NCBI GenBank assembly: GCA_965222225.1
Contig: CBDCTK010000002.1
Coordinates: forward strand, 4,128,001-4,192,000
Direction of reading: 5' to 3'
DNA: 64,000 nucleotides
Source: Candidatus Poribacteria bacterium
GTDB lineage: Bacteria > Poribacteria > WGA-4E > JAJDTR01
Below are positions 62,082-64,000 of the stretch, piece by piece (positions within the stretch are counted from its first letter, which is position 1; the number at the start of each line of letters is the position of its first letter). Under the pieces are notes generated by a model. The model was not told the DNA's origin. It saw only the letters and a program-made list of their open reading frames with translations, and ran no database searches. The translations under genes were made by a program, and so were the position numbers.

Positions 62082-64000
62082 CTAGTTGAGACCTTCCATT
62101 TGCGGGATTGTCACGTGATCGAGATTCGATTTCACGGCATCGCGAAATGTCTCTAAGGAGTCATTCACATTATGTCTGAGATCTGCGTGCAAGTGTTCGT
62201 ATTGTATGTGTACACGCTCCAATAGTTTATGTACATAACTCTTGATTTCATCAACACGATGACTTTGAACTTTGGCGAATCGCGAGATTATCGCCTTGAG
62301 AGCTTCTAGTTCAGTTTTCAGATACTCTTTGAAAACCGATGTCTGGAACGAATCAAGTCTGTCTTGTACGCTATATCTGAAATCCTTGTGGATATCTTCA
62401 TACGCGGTACGGACTCGAGCAAGAAGGTCATGAACGTGTGGACTAACTTCCCCAATTCGATCGCTCTGCGATTGGGCGAGTTGAGCCGCAGTCTCTTTAA
62501 AGGTGTTGAACTCCATCTCAAGGTACTGCTTGAAGTCATCGACAGCTACGGTCTGTCTCGTATTTTTCTCAAAGTGGTAACCCATGACGGCGAGTCGCAT
62601 TGCTTCAGGGAACAGAGACAGATGGTGCCTTAAGACTTTAGCTATATATCGGGCGTAGGCAGGGCCCTGTCGAGAAAACAACTGCCGCCTAATGGATTTC
62701 ATAAAAGCCATAACCTCTGTTTTTCCGATTTTTCTCACGGTGTGGTCTGTGGGCTTCAGATGTTCCAACATGGTGAGGCATCGCTCAAAGTAGTTGCTTA
62801 GGGTAGGATCGTAGAGCGTAGATACAACGCGTCGATATTCTGAGATAAGATGATCTCGCGGTAACTCCGGTTCGAAATTCAACATAACATCCGTGTTGTT
62901 TCCGGTGGATTCATTGAGTAAGCGGCCTTCATTCTCAAGCCGTTGATACAGATTTGTCCCTTTTAGCGCTGTCAACAACCCAGCCATCGCCATGGGGATC
63001 CCCGCTTCTTGAATAAACCGAATATGCGAATCAAACTCCTTGTCGCCGTCCAGTCCAATGATGAATCCACCAGTCACTTCGATGCCACACTCCTGGATTT
63101 TTCGTACGGCTTGGAGCAGATAATTCTCTGCATTTTCCTCTTTGCTTGTGTTCTGTTTCTTAACCGTTTTCTCAAGCGCCTCGTCATTGGGGCTTTCAAT
63201 TCCCAAAAAGACCATGTTGAATCCGGCGTCACTCATGGCATCCAGCATGTCAGGGATTTCGACGAGGTTAACGCTCGCTTCGGTGTACAACGAAAATGGG
63301 AATTGTCTTTCTTCTTGCCATTTGGTAACTTCGGGAAGCAGTCGCATAGCGTCGCGCTTGTTCCCGATAAAGTTGTCATCAACTACGAAAAGCGAGCCTT
63401 CCCAACCGAGGCGGTATAACATGTCAAACTCGGTCAGCATCTGTTCACTCGATTTCGTCCGAGGAACTCGTCCGAACAGCTTTGTAATGTCGCAAAACTC
63501 ACAGTCAAACGGACAGCCGCGCGAGAATTGCAGCGCCATTGATGCGTACGCTTTCAAATCAATCAGGTCATATCTCGGTGGCGGGGTCTTCGTGACATCC
63601 GGTTTTTTTGTTTCCCGATATATCTCTTTTGCTGAACCGCTCTCAAAGTCTGTTAGAAAATCTTCGAAAACATCCTCGACTTCTCCGAAAAGAAAGTGAT
63701 CGACCGTTCCATCGGCTTCCTCTCTAATATTGTCGTAATAGGACGTTGGATGCGGACCACCAGCCACGATGGGAATATTTGCCGCGTTGCATCGCCTAAC
63801 TACCTCGTAGAGTGAATCCTTCTGAACGATCATCGTGGACGTGAAAACCGCATCTGCCCACTCTAAATCAGCGTCCAACAACGGGTTCACGTTCATATCA
63901 ACAACTTTGAGTTCATAATCCTTCGGGAACATGCCTGCAATTGTTAGTAGTCCGAGAGGTGGCATGGCGGATTTCTTGCCTACAAAGTCAAGGGCAAATT
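62082..64000 (-). CDS. B12-binding radical SAM protein, copy A (5' end beyond the window)
   Basis: Same motifs as copy B. The frame is open to the window edge (FALDFVGKKSAMPPLG). Confidence 0.92.
   Translation of the reverse strand, partial: FALDFVGKKSAMPPLGLLTIAGMFPKDYELKVVDMNVNPLLDADLEWADAVFTSTMIVQKDSLYEVVRRCNAANIPIVAGGPHPTSYYDNIREEADGTVDHFLFGEVEDVFEDFLTDFESGSAKEIYRETKKPDVTKTPPPRYDLIDLKAYASMALQFSRGCPFDCEFCDITKLFGRVPRTKSSEQMLTEFDMLYRLGWEGSLFVVDDNFIGNKRDAMRLLPEVTKWQEERQFPFSLYTEASVNLVEIPDMLDAMSDAGFNMVFLGIESPNDEALEKTVKKQNTSKEENAENYLLQAVRKIQECGIEVTGGFIIGLDGDKEFDSHIRFIQEAGIPMAMAGLLTALKGTNLYQRLENEGRLLNESTGNNTDVMLNFEPELPRDHLISEYRRVVSTLYDPTLSNYFERCLTMLEHLKPTDHTVRKIGKTEVMAFMKSIRRQLFSRQGPAYARYIAKVLRHHLSLFPEAMRLAVMGYHFEKNTRQTVAVDDFKQYLEMEFNTFKETAAQLAQSQSDRIGEVSPHVHDLLARVRTAYEDIHKDFRYSVQDRLDSFQTSVFKEYLKTELEALKAIISRFAKVQSHRVDEIKSYVHKLLERVHIQYEHLHADLRHNVNDSLETFRDAVKSNLDHVTIPQMEGLN

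Noticed and set aside
1-64000. tRNA or rRNA genes
   Set aside because: No cloverleaf/T-loop or rRNA signature was noticed by eye. A tRNAscan run would be decisive.

Overview
Bacterial chromosomal window, most likely from a Poribacteria-like organism. This is inferred from the TolB/PD40, WD40 and LRR-dockerin protein families and the C-terminal 'TIWGxIK' motif; it was not checked by search. Metabolic and transport genes include a GH36 glycosidase, TauD, an enolase-superfamily dehydratase, two Gfo/Idh/MocA enzymes, argJ, a sugar ABC importer, a heterodimeric ABC exporter, MoaB, ECF transporter parts and two tandem B12 radical-SAM genes. These are interleaved with accessory DNA: a five-gene PD40 array with an IS1 insertion, a DNA methyltransferase / MutH-like nuclease / TGT-DUF5591 cluster, a Dsr1-like sirtuin gene split by IS1595 between Cre-like recombinase genes, an orphan terminase pair behind a promoter-leader-terminator, MITEs, REP palindromes and many pseudogenes. 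Two things stand out. (1) A TGT-ArcS-like fusion sits beside a restriction-modification pair and is a candidate new DNA base-exchange system. (2) A family of oriented, degenerate GATCAA-NN-GA-NN-GAATA / GCGATAGAGATCC units repeatedly sits where REP hairpin arms should be. All calls come from reading motifs by eye; no database search was run.
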